Positions 12,301-23,600 of a stretch of 64,000 nt of DNA are shown here, in pieces. Numbering within the stretch: the stretch's first letter is position 1; each line of letters opens with the position of its first letter. Under the pieces are notes generated by a model that did not search any database, was not told the DNA's origin, and was given only the letters and a program-made list of their open reading frames with translations. The stretch is from Ascidiella aspersa (lineage: Eukaryota), in contig OZ004609.1 in the NCBI GenBank assembly GCA_963924565.1, positions 16,182,001 to 16,246,000 on the forward strand, read 5' to 3'. A program made the translations under genes and the position numbers.

Positions 12301-14714
12301 ATTACAGGCAGTCTTTTATAATCAATGTGTAATTGTTATGTGCCCAATGTGTGTCCTAAATTAAATTTTACTTAATCCAAATAAAACGCAAAACGCGCAT
12401 TGCTGGACAAGGACTCAACATGTATTTTCATGTTGCCTTACTATTATATAATCGACAAATACCATTTGGCTTTTGTCAATATTCAAAGGGGGACGAAAGG
12501 CACAGAACATTTCCAAAAGGGGAGCACGCTAGAAAAAACGATTAGAACCACTGGTCTATATCTATAAGGTCTCGTTCGTGACCAACTCAATAAAAACACG
12601 TCATCGCTGGCAAAGTACTACCGAATAATAGCCAATTTATCTAGGCAAATGAGAAGTAACATAACGAAGTTAAACTGGTCCAGAAAACGATTTATTACGC
12701 ACCTATATCGTTGTAAACAACCCGGATACATTTAATGCTATGGTAATTGCACATTGGCGTGGTAATTCGACTGGCAAAAAATAGCCTCTATAAGTGACTT
12801 GCTTTGTGACGTCACGCTATGGCGAAATTTTGTAACGTCATATTTAAATGACCACAAAAAATGCCGGTGACTGCTCGGAAGCATCATGATTTTTAGCCTA
12901 AAACATGTTTAGCTTGTTGAAAAACCCCAGCGGTAGCTTAATTAGTTGCGTCGTGTTTTAACGGTAATTGCATCACACTTTTAACAAATATACAAATTCA
13001 ATCACGTTGAATCAGTATAATAAAACCATATAGGTTCAAACCTATACTACCTTGTGCTGGATTTTTCCATCGATTTCCATATTTACGAGCAACTTCATAA
13101 GAAAATTGTGAAAATACGGAAGTCCTTTTGTCCGGAGGTTTATAAACCTTGTCCAAATAGGCAGACGTCAATCTCTCAATTGGCTCACGAACAACCATCA
13201 TTTTCAAGGAGTCATTGTACGCTTGAAAAAGTGTCTTGTTCGGTGCAAACTGAATAAATTCTAACTTTGCGCCATGAGATTGGCCCTGTGTTTTAACATA
13301 GGTTTTTCAGTTATATAAAAATGAAAAAAAATGTAAAAAAAATTACGACTATAATTGTGTTCACACATTGGTTTGATAAAGAATTACAGTTTTAAAAAAC
13401 GTAATATTAGCGCCATTGTATATTTGTTTAACGAGGATCTATGAAATCTTTCTATAGTGTACTGGCACATTTACCTACTTTACGTGTCCTAACTTCGATA
13501 TCTCGGTCATTTGCAAATCAAAGTCCCGTTTTAGCTGGCCTAGTTCACATTTAATACAGTAAAACGTTATTGTTTGTTGTGCAAACAATACAACGCCTTT
13601 AGAATCCGAATATTGCCGGGTCAGTTCTCGAATTGTATACTGAGCGTCCATAGTTCACGCAAGTACTTGAATAATTTAAAAACAATATAAATATAAACAG
13701 TTGCTTGTGTATAGGCCTTTAAACACTTTAGCCTTTAACGTTATATGTTTTACCTGCTTAATGTGTTCAGTAGAGTTCGCCATTCCACCAAGAACCATTA
13801 AAACCTTTTTCCAATTACTACAACCAGACTTCGGTACTTCGCAGTAAATTAACTTGTGTTTTACCGAAGTAAAGTACCAAGGTGTGGGTTTGGGCAGGGT
13901 GTTAACCCAAGGTACGTAGGTAAGGTTTTTAAAATTGATTCCTGTAAGGTTCGAAAAATGTTTTAAAAAATTACTCATACCAACATATTTGCTAAAGCAC
14001 AATCACCCACATGTTTTGTAATGTAATTTACATCATATTTCTCGAATATTTCTAACTTCTTCAAAACATACGTTAAGTATACACGTCGATACATATATAC
14101 ATAATTTTATTACCCATTTTCCTGCACGTCTTTTCCAGATGCATTCTCCGTTGTCGCATTCTTTCGTCTATCCTTGCCATAAACTGATCGTCTGTCTCTT
14201 TGACAGTTAAATTGGTCGCCGCGCCAACAGACTTACTCTGACTTGTCATCCTTTGAGAACTAGCATCTAACGAAATGTTGCCATCATTCGTTTCACGGTT
14301 CGCTTGCACATATGCTGTGTTTATCCTGCTTGATTCACTGCCATCCGTCGGTTTATCTTTAGTTAACATGCGCAAGCTTTGTGTCGCAGTGTCAGTAAAA
14401 CTTTGCTGATCAGGTGTAGTTGCGGTAGGATTTCGGCGTGGTATTTGAGGTGAGGTGGCTGGTTGTGTATCCTTAATCAGTTGCCTTGCGGTTGAAGTTT
14501 CATTTAGATCACTTGCTTGAAAAAAACGAGTCCGTTCGGCTGTCGACTGTATCGTCCAAATCGTTTGTTGGTTATTAATCTTTATTCCAATTTGAATTAA
14601 GACTTTGGAAACGGTGGCATCAATAACAAATCGCACACAAACCGAAATTAACAGGCAAGCAACCAGTAACCAACCGATCCTTTTTCGAAAGTGTCTTTGA
14701 ATTTTTCGGGGCAT
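5773..14714 (-). CDS. Carbohydrate sulfotransferase (Sulfotransfer_2, CHST8-14/HNK-1ST family) with two internal SUEL lectin domains; 10 exons: 14714-14114, 13941-13754, 13285-13051, 12047-11924, 11121-10937, 10021-9904, 7937-7759, 7612-7519, 6352-6140, 5986-5773 (2151 nt, 716 aa)
   Basis: Basic N-tail + TM (RKRIGWLLVACLLISVCV), S/T-rich stem, 5'-PSB motif YCEVPKSGCSNWKK, 3'-PB motif VREPIERLTSAY, C-terminal HWQNFTTLCYPCHVKYDVIAHMETIEEDA and LYKPDYDLFGY. All nine introns GT-AG with compatible phases (1,0,1,2,1,2,1,2,2) and no internal stop. Confidence 0.9.
7519..7612 (-). CDS. Pro-rich linker exon joining lectin cassette back to sulfotransferase C-half
   Basis: cag|GKNANTSIEPESTILKRPDPPEIYTAPAYHYR|gtaggt; phase 1 in, phase 2 out, exactly what exon 6352 requires. 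Confidence 0.8.
7759..10021 (-). CDS. SUEL/Gal_lectin domain 2 (exons 10021-9904 and 7937-7759; both absent from the ORF track)
   Basis: TICDRSIRQLRCPAGELIHIGSSFYGRTNRQI|CSKNGSIYNLQCSAETASSAVLVACNMKTSCVVEATSKWIQSDPCPSTTKYLKIWYYCS; YGR and DPCxxTxKYL hallmark motifs, 8 Cys. Confidence 0.9.
10937..12047 (-). CDS. SUEL/Gal_lectin domain 1 (exons 12047-11924 and 11121-10937) inside the sulfotransferase
   Basis: VTCHHEVAMLECQQEKHVIKIHSAIFGRQDGLT|CMDD...KCSSPRSWFVVSQLCDGKTNCEVVSSPALFPLKGCGTAPNYLQIIYECK; 8 Cys in SUEL spacing. Confidence 0.88.
12091..12229. repeat. Near-perfect hairpin/palindrome (~60-bp arms, 13-nt loop), probable MITE
   Basis: aaagcccatacagaagtaggtatcattttgaa...ctctttattcat / atgaataaagagttg...ttcaaaatgatacctatacttctgtatgggcttt. 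Confidence 0.85.
13051..13941 (-). CDS. Sulfotransferase exons 2-3 (13941-13754, 13285-13051): PAPS-binding 5'-PSB and 3'-PB motifs
   Basis: KHKLIYCEVPKSGCSNWKKVL and MMVVREPIERLTSAYLDK; canonical splice sites. Confidence 0.93.
14114..14714 (-). CDS. Sulfotransferase exon 1: cytoplasmic tail, signal-anchor TM, Ser/Thr-rich stem
   Basis: ORF 14073..14714; ends ...LEKTCRKMG|gtaata (phase 1). Confidence 0.88.
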
Positions 14715-15609
14715 TACTCCTCGATATTTTTTTATACATTAACCATTATGTTCAGATATTTTTGTAATTAACTATATTGCCTACAGTTTTCGACTAGTCG
14801 TAACGTCTTACTCTGTTGCAACCGCTTTACTGTCTGCTCATGAGAAAAAAAAAGTTTTACCAGAAGGATAGTTAATCTTTAACAGCGCATAATACGCTCA
14901 ACAACTAGCCTATTCTTGATTATGCTTAAATGACTCAACATTATAATTAACCAAAGCCTTTGAACAGGTGACCTAAACCTTTGCCTGACACAGTGAATTT
15001 GTAATAGGTGACTACCACACAGCATGTATTTCATTAGGTTACCCGCTTTCAGTAAATTGGTTAGGCTTTAGGTACGAGCTATAAACACCATGACGCAATA
15101 CTGTTTGTTAATCGTTAAAGTGCGGTTAAGCCCATCCTTAAGATTTAGTAACGTTAAGTGTAAGCTGTTTGAAATTGAATCGTGAAAACGATAGAGAGGG
15201 GCTGTTTAATACCAATGTACGAATTTTATTAAATCGTTGTAGCCTTACAATAAAAGCATAATAAACTAAAGGCCATGAAGTTTATAAAAGTGGCCTTACG
15301 GCTGCACTCCACTATATAGTGATACGAATATTTCAGAAAAGGAAATTGACATTAATGATATAAATAACAATACACCACAATGCGAGAAACTAGTTTATAA
15401 TTGTGAATACGTCATTATATTACGGCCATGCATTAAATTTTAACGAAAAATAGATGCGAAACGCTTCAGAGCTTCGTAGGCTACCAATCGTATGTGGTTT
15501 CATCTATGTTTTTTCAGGGCATCCTTTTTTTATTGTCGGTCCTGTTCGTCAGACGCCAGATATTTGGAGAAATAACTTTGTCTTATTTTGCTTTGTTTAA
15601 GAAATGCAA

Positions 15610-15923
15610 CAGGGGTACCCAAACACGTCGATCGCGATCGACCGGTCGACCGGCACATTCCACCTGGTCGATCGCGTCGAATATGCGTTACGTCATTACA
15701 GTAGTTGTCGCGCACAAGCGGAACATTAAATTGACAAATAGTTGTCTGGACAAGCCTAATAAAAAGTTCTTTGACGTAACAAATTAATCTTATTCGCTGT
15801 CTTGAAATGCAATTAACGCCTCAAATGTGTATCCAGTGTTCTTGTGACTTTTTACTGAACCAGTCTCTACGTCTCTAAAAATATTTCAGTCGATCGTAAT
15901 CAAACATAAGTTTGCTGCACCTG
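15610..15923. mobile_element. hAT-like MITE
   Basis: Ends caggggtacccaaac ... gtttgctgcacctg; subterminal gtcgatcgcgatcgaccggtcgac palindromes; no clear TSD. Confidence 0.65.
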
Positions 15924-17612
15924 GATAGGTGAACTTAAAAATAAATTATTAGTTTAAATTAATCGATCTTCGTGGACGAAGGACGTTTCTAACAACATAG
16001 TGATATAACTAAAAACTAGCACTCTTTCTTGTATTAGGCTTGAAGTTCGCTTCCTGTAAATGTTATGAACATTCCTAGTTACTTTATGTAAACATTGCTT
16101 AACGTTATTTTGCCTATTGCTTTGTACAGTCGTGTTCGAATAAAGATACCTGACGTAAAACAGAATAATTGCAAGCGAACGTCTATAACCAGTGCTACAT
16201 GGCTTAATTCTCTTGTCCCTCAAGGGTACGTCTGACCTGCATTTGATTCGGAGACCACGCTGGACCTATATAATTTGACAGTGCGTCAATGAACTATGTA
16301 GATTGATATCACTGCAAACATTGTTTAATAATAGCTCACCAAACCCAGTTGCTGAGGCAAGTAAAACTAACGACCAGCCAGATGAATTTTCGCCATGATA
16401 GGTAAAATCAATGCCGCTAGCATGTAATTTCGCATTGAACAGTAGTTATTAAATTTCGGTTGCTGTGTTGCTTTCACAATTGGATAATATTTCGTTACTG
16501 AATCCAATAATGCTGCGCACATACGAATATTCAATTGAATAAAAACACATGACAATTTAGCGCATTTTGTACAAAAAAATATTTTATACGACGTAACAAG
16601 GTATATTAGTGTTTATGGCATTCATCTTGATTTGCAACAGCAGCATAGCATAACTAAAACAAAACTATGATAATATTATCCATGGGCATGACCAGTACCT
16701 ACATTTTTACGGTGATTTTATAGTCACATTGAAAAAAAAATTAACAACTCCCTTAATTTGGAGTAGCACCGTTAAGTAACAGAATGTTTGTATCACTACA
16801 AACGATTATTTTAAGAATTTGAAACAAAACAAATACAATTCCAACTTTTCTACGTGACTATTTGCATTTGACATATTGCTTATTTGAGATTATCTTTATT
16901 CGTAACAAATAAAACTTATTTACTTTTCAAATCCAAGCTATATGACGTAAGGACATTTTAAAAGTGAAAAAAAAATATTTTTTTTACTTGTGACCATAGT
17001 ACTTTAATTTGTTTACCGGAGTTGATTGCGCCCGGGGCGCAAAAATAAAGTTTTTAATCTACTTAGTTTCGGTGGATTGCAAATAGACGCAAAGAGCAGC
17101 TAACCAACGAAAGCCTTAGAAATACATCGACTGTAAACTAAATGTAACTGTAAACTCATATTTTCACGCTGCTTGCTATTTGTTTTGGATAAATAAATCT
17201 TACACAGTAATGGTTATTATCAAGATGCTAAACTTGTCTTGCCTTGAGATGAAATTAAAACTTATATCGTTGTTAAAGTTTTAAATGCTATGCTATAAAT
17301 ATATATAAAGCTTTTTGAAACGTTTATATGATTTGTAATGGAACAGTAAAAAAGTGAAGAACACAATTGAGATGACAAAAAATTGAAATGTCCACAATAA
17401 CGTTTAGAAAGAGTCACGAACTAGCAATGAAAAAAATAGATGCTTAAATTTACCGTTGGTAATGTGCATTATTCAAGTTTTTGACTTTTGTACGTTTGAG
17501 CACCAATAAAGATCAAAAGATCTTATAGAAATTAAACTGTAATTAACAGCTGATAAAAGCAACACAGTGGGACAAGCTGTTCATATTATTTGCTGTAAAT
17601 TGCCTGTTATAC

Positions 17613-20600
17613 TCAGACCCATGTTTCTGGTAATTTGCTCTGGTCGCATTTCCACGAAGTTTCACGACTTTTGCTATGGGAAGTAGAATTTGTGCCAAAA
17701 TTCATCGGACTGTTTTTCGGAAGATAGCCGGACGATGTCCATCGAGAACTGCTACTGCGTATTGCAGCGACAGTGAGGTTCATGTCGTCCTTGCTATATC
17801 GCCTCCCATTACGATGATTGTAAGGCATTTTAATCCCATTGCCTGGCGAATTTTGGGCTGTGTCAGTGATGTTGTTTATAGTTTTATCGAATACGTTCGT
17901 GTGAGTAGCGCTTTTTAAAGCTTCTGGCAAATCAATGCATTTTAACGAAGGATGTAGATTGTTCCTACTATCATGCAGCGTAACGTTTCCATCTTCTTGT
18001 TCTTGCTGTGTTTTAGTTTTTCGGTTAGCATTGTTTTTATCCTGAACCCTGCGAGTAGATCTTGGTAATTCCTTAATTTGCAGTCTGAAACGATGGTCTG
18101 AATTTGGGCTGATTTCAAAAGATCCATTAGAAGGGCTAAAATCGGTGTGACCAACTAGAGATAACGAATGTCCAGATTCCTCCGTACGGAAGCTAACGTC
18201 TCCATGTTTGTGGTTTGGCTTTGTGTGCAAATAAATTTGGTTTAAATTCTTAAGTTGGTGTTTCGATGACCCCTTTGTGCATTCGTTTAAGTGAGATCCT
18301 AGATTGGATTGCGGTTCGATGTTTGTTATAAGAGATGATTCACTTTGGTTCACGGATGGATCACCGTCACATAATTGAACGACTTTGCTCGAAGTGCGAG
18401 TGTGAAAATGCTGCAATGTTGCAAGGTGTCTTTTTTCATTTATGCTGCCACTGTTAGTATTGTTGCTATTGTTCGTGTTGCTACTTGGTTCAAATCTTAA
18501 TTTGGAAACAAAGCGGCGTGGTTTAGGTTTGTGATCATCTGTTATCGAACTAGTCTTACCATAGTCAACTTTGTGCGGACGAAGTTGTGCGCGATTATCA
18601 TTGTGCGATTGCTCACTTTCCTCACTTGTGATGAATGAGTCAGACGAATTAAAAGTTTCACCACTATTCGATTCTGTTTGTCTGACGCTGAACCCCCCTC
18701 GGCGTTTGACAGCGTGTATCGAATCGCTTTCGGTCATTTGCGATGAAAAAGTGAAAGTGTCCATGGAGATTCCAGAGTCAGACAACTGGGCGATGTAAGA
18801 ATCTTCTGTCATGCCCTCACTTATATTGCCATGTAGTTGGTCCTTAGAATTACTGTCAATAAATGGAGCTGATGAAGTAGGCGTTGCTTCTCGCTGTTTT
18901 GGTAGAGTTCGTTCGTACTCGCTTGGTTGTAGAATGTCCTGGAGATCGTCCTCTGTAAACGACATCGACCTATTGTCCATTGCCTGTTTGCTTATTGCAA
19001 TCGACGAATTTGTCGGAGAAGCACGCTGAGCGTCTCGTAAAGTCTTTATGACTGTTTGAATCTGCAAATATTTGAAAATAAAAATATGCTTTTGTAAAAG
19101 GTAAGTACAAACTTATATACGGCATTGTTAAATTGACTAAAAAGCGAAAGCTATTAATAAATGCAATATATGCCCCCCAATTTTTTGTAAAGTGTATGTT
19201 TATAAATATTGAGACCGTTTGATGAAAAAAGGTAAAAACAGGTAATATTTGTTAAAATAAACAGAAATAAATATTTCGCGTATAAAAGCATCGTTTTTGT
19301 CAGGGTTTAAATCACCGTCCGAAGCGGCAATGTTTTTAATGTAATAGGGTCAATTGTCTTCTAATGCGAAATCAAAATCAAACGCAAAACGCCGTTTTTC
19401 GTTTCTTGTTTGGTCGACTTTTGCTGGACGTTAATTGGATATTTCTGATTATTTTTTATTATTAATTGTGACGTCATTACAATCGCTATTTTATGACGTC
19501 ATATCCGTCAATATTTTATGACGTGATTAACGTCAGATGAAAAAACGGGAAATTCCTTAAGTTAAAAATTCGGTACCTCACTTTTTGGATTTCTGGGTAC
19601 GTCCCTGATCCTGTTCGAACATATATACTCAATTAAAGGGGATTAACAGCTCGTATTCAGCTGCTGAGACGTTTATATACACCATGCGTATTCTGTGTAC
19701 AAGCTTTAACTTGATTGTTTTCGCTGTTTAATCAAACGTTTTCCGAGTCACTTGATGAAAGCCAATGACAACAAAAAATACTCGTCTAGGGCAGGTGGAT
19801 AGTGCGCATCTGGTTCTAACTTTGGTAATCACGAAACCATGATGCATAGATTAACGCCTCAAAAAAACCTTCAGGTAGCGTTTACCAACAAAAATTTTCA
19901 CATGGTAACTTCGGAATACCTCGAAACCAAGGGGTGTGTTAAGAATAAAGTTCACATTTTTACCAAACCAAACCCCAATTTTTCTAGACGTGGGAATTCC
20001 TATCGTGCGACATTAAGCAGTGAACAACGACCGAGCGGCGCTCTTGCGCCACTATGCGGACGAAATCCTGCTGTATTAAATCGTAAATAACCACTAAGAC
20101 AAATCGCTTTATTAAATCAACACCCGATAAATGAGTAATGCAATTTGTTTTGTGGTTTGTGCACTTTTATATAGTCATTCTGACCATTTCATGTTATATC
20201 TTAAGTAACACTTTCATAATTCCAAAACTTTTTTATACACCTCTGTACGTTTTATTTCGCTTGTCGCGAATTTTGATGTGGTTGACGAGCAGTTATCTAC
20301 CTCTAAGGTCAATTGCTCGTACAATTTAAACGTTTAAATAATCATCCATAAAAGAAATAAATTGTGCAAATTTAACGTTTATTGAATGTAAGTTATGCCA
20401 ATTTAAACCGAATAAAAGTTCATACGCGCTTGTGTGAGTCATTTGGCGCAATGCCCTTAAATACTTCGCGACTTGATTTCAGTTTCACATTTGTGCACGC
20501 GCCACAAGAGGTCTAAAAGGTTGGTTCACGCCATAACGTTATAGCGTATTTTTACATAATCATGTCGTAAAAGGGGAACTTGTATTTGCATTCCTGTAAA

Positions 20601-23600
20601 CGTTGAACATACGGCACCTCTTTTAAATAATAACTTAATCCTAGTGTCTGGCCTTTTGTTTCAACAAACAGATAGAGATTCAGAGGCGTAGAAATACAAA
20701 TAAAATACCACACATATATTATAGATAAACAATAAGATTAAAATTCGTAGCTACCTTTTTGAGTTCCGCAACCGATGGTTGAGTTTCGACCAATTTCGGT
20801 TCTTCTTCTATACTGCTACTGCTGCTATTTCTGCTGTTGTTGTCATTACTGTGCTTCGTCATATCAGAGCGGCTTAAACTAGATGGATTTGATTGCTTGA
20901 AGGTGGGTCTGCTTGAAGTAAGTTAGCACAATCGTAAGGTTCAAAGTTTAAAGAAAATAACAGCACAATAAATCGTAGGTTTTAAAGTTTAAAATTTTGT
21001 ACAAAGCTCGTTGCGTAATCGTTAGATCTGCTTTATGATTAGAAAAGCGTCTGTGTGAATACAATTTATCGTAAAGCTCAGGAGAATTGCGTCATCAACC
21101 AAATACATGGCATTTTAATATATGCCTATTATAATATATCATTGACCAAATACGGAATTTTCCTGGTTTACCATCAATTATGATTTATCTCGGTTGGAAA
21201 GCGACGCAAAAATGATTTTTTGATAGAAACATAAAAAAATTGAGTCAAGCAACTCGTTGATAAACAACTACGAAAATAAAATTATTGTTTTAAATATTTT
21301 GAATATTGTTTATGTTGCGTGGCAGTGGTGATAAATTATTTAAAAGATCTGTAATCTAACCGTTTAAACTTTAGTTTGCCGCTTTTTGCTTGTTGTTCTT
21401 TATCAATCAATACAGATACGTGGCCTGTAGCTTGCTGGTAGCTAAGTCGCATCCCGGATTGTGGTTTTGAAGGCAACAATTCTATTTTTTTCTCTTTAAC
21501 TTCGCTGTTTTGACAGCTGCAGTCGATCGTAACCTCCCGTGGAGCGGCCCCAGGGGAGTCATTTGGGTTGTTGCAGTTGTTATTGTTGTTGGGGTGATTA
21601 TTGTTCGTCGAAAGGCTGGATTGCATAGTCAGCATTTTGGATTTTTCCCTGAGGTAAAAATAACAACGTCAGGAGTTTCAGTAAAATGAAACAAAAAAAT
21701 CAGACTGGAAAAACTTAAATGCCTTTTTTGTGTATTTTACATATTAACACACTTTTTTTCTAAAATATAAAAATATTTAGATGGACCACTCGACCTTGTT
21801 TAAAATATTTTACCCAACTTTTAAACTGCCATTCTTTACAGAGCTTCTATTTACCATCGGTAAAGATCAAGCGATTTAAAAACGTATTCACCTCATGTAA
21901 TTCGCCGCCTTTCTTCGCAACAGGAAATCCACTGCTTCGGGGTCATTTTCGTTTAACGTCCGGAGCATTTGGTCGTGATCATATTTGACGATCTGACAAC
22001 AATAGCCTATATAAAACACTTCCGGGAAAACAATTGCGAAATATTTCTAGGCGCCTAATTAGAGATGTGTGTGTAAGAGGTGGATTCGATCATAATATAA
22101 ATGCGATCTTGGGCAGTATTGTGTGACTTATAGCGACTTCATAAGATCATTCCTTTTTAAAATGTTGTCACCTATCACGATACGTTACAGCTCTTAACTA
22201 AAAATAACGAAAAAGACATGTAATAATGAATAACCAACAATATTATCCAAACGCAACTGTACTATATGATCAATAAAACGTTATGTGAAGTCACTTTACA
22301 ATTACCAATATGTAATTATAAATCAGGCTCCTATGTGTACACGGAAGTTTGTTCATTATAAATTAGCATTTTCGTATCTAATTGACTTACCTGAAACAGT
22401 TGTGTATAGTTTGTGATGATTTCTTCCACAACTGTTATAACGGCGCCACTGTCTTCTGCTTTCTCCATGCTTTGTATCTGATGAAATAACGATGTGCATA
22501 AATTAAAGGGTTTTTTATTGTGCGCCGTAATTTGCTAAACGAGCTTCCGATGAAATACAATTGCTAAAATTTGAATGTTTGAGAAACGGTTCTAACAATG
22601 CAAAACCGCAAAAAAACATTAGATTTGTTTGCATGATCACTACAATGAATATCTCTTCTACCAACAACGTTATGATAAAAACTTTTTGTAGGATGAATAT
22701 GTACGAACCTGATATGGATTATCGTTGCTAGTCTGAGTTTTCTTGTAACGATGCAATATGTTGGGGCCGAAAATAGTTGCCAGATTTGAAGCTCCCATCT
22801 TATTTCCGGTAACCTGAAAACATTCATGTAAGTAGTTTTTATACACGTTTGTAAAAAAGTGCTCCATATACACAAACAACATTGTTTTAAGAAAATGATG
22901 ACGCATAGCAATAGTTGACGCAAAAAAATTAAAAACTAAAACTAAAGGTCGAAGGTATTTTGAGTATTGTGAACGAGCCATTTTGAAATACCCCAAGTCC
23001 CTGTCACGGCATTTGTAAAATAAAAATCCGAATAAAGTAATTTGCGAAATTGGCAAGTGGAGTCACAGTCAAAGTCATTTTTATTACAAGTCAACCTTGT
23101 GCGCTATTTTGATAGCAACCAACAAAAATAACTTAATGCTTTTACTAGAAGAAATTGAAATACAAAAATAACCAAGTTTTATTGTTTATTATTTTAAGAC
23201 ATTCTGTCTGTTAATTGGTTTGCCTAAATCCAAGTAGAGTAATTCTTACAAAAAGAATGTAGTAAAGTCACGTCAGTTTCAAGAGATTTAAAAAGAGTGA
23301 CTTCAGCACACTTGTTTAGGTAATCAGAATGCTTTGATTTAAATTCAAGTAGGCCAATAATGATAGAGATGTCAGCCATTAAATACCAGGATTGAAATTA
23401 CTGCTGTAGGAAATCTTCAAATTGCATGCATTCATGTGGTTCATATAGACGTATGTAATTTCATAATACCGTTACTTGTAAATCAAAGTTTAGTCATATG
23501 TCATAAACCTTAATATATTTTTTTAATACATTTTTTAATATTACCTTGTTTCTAAAAGTGTCAATACTATCCTCTGAATGAGCGGCAACAACAGAAAGAA

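Noticed and set aside
17676-19029. Plus-strand ORFs antisense to large exons (also 34278-35130, 39466-41716, 61945-62506)
   Set aside because: Shadow ORFs of long coding exons with no motifs or splice support.
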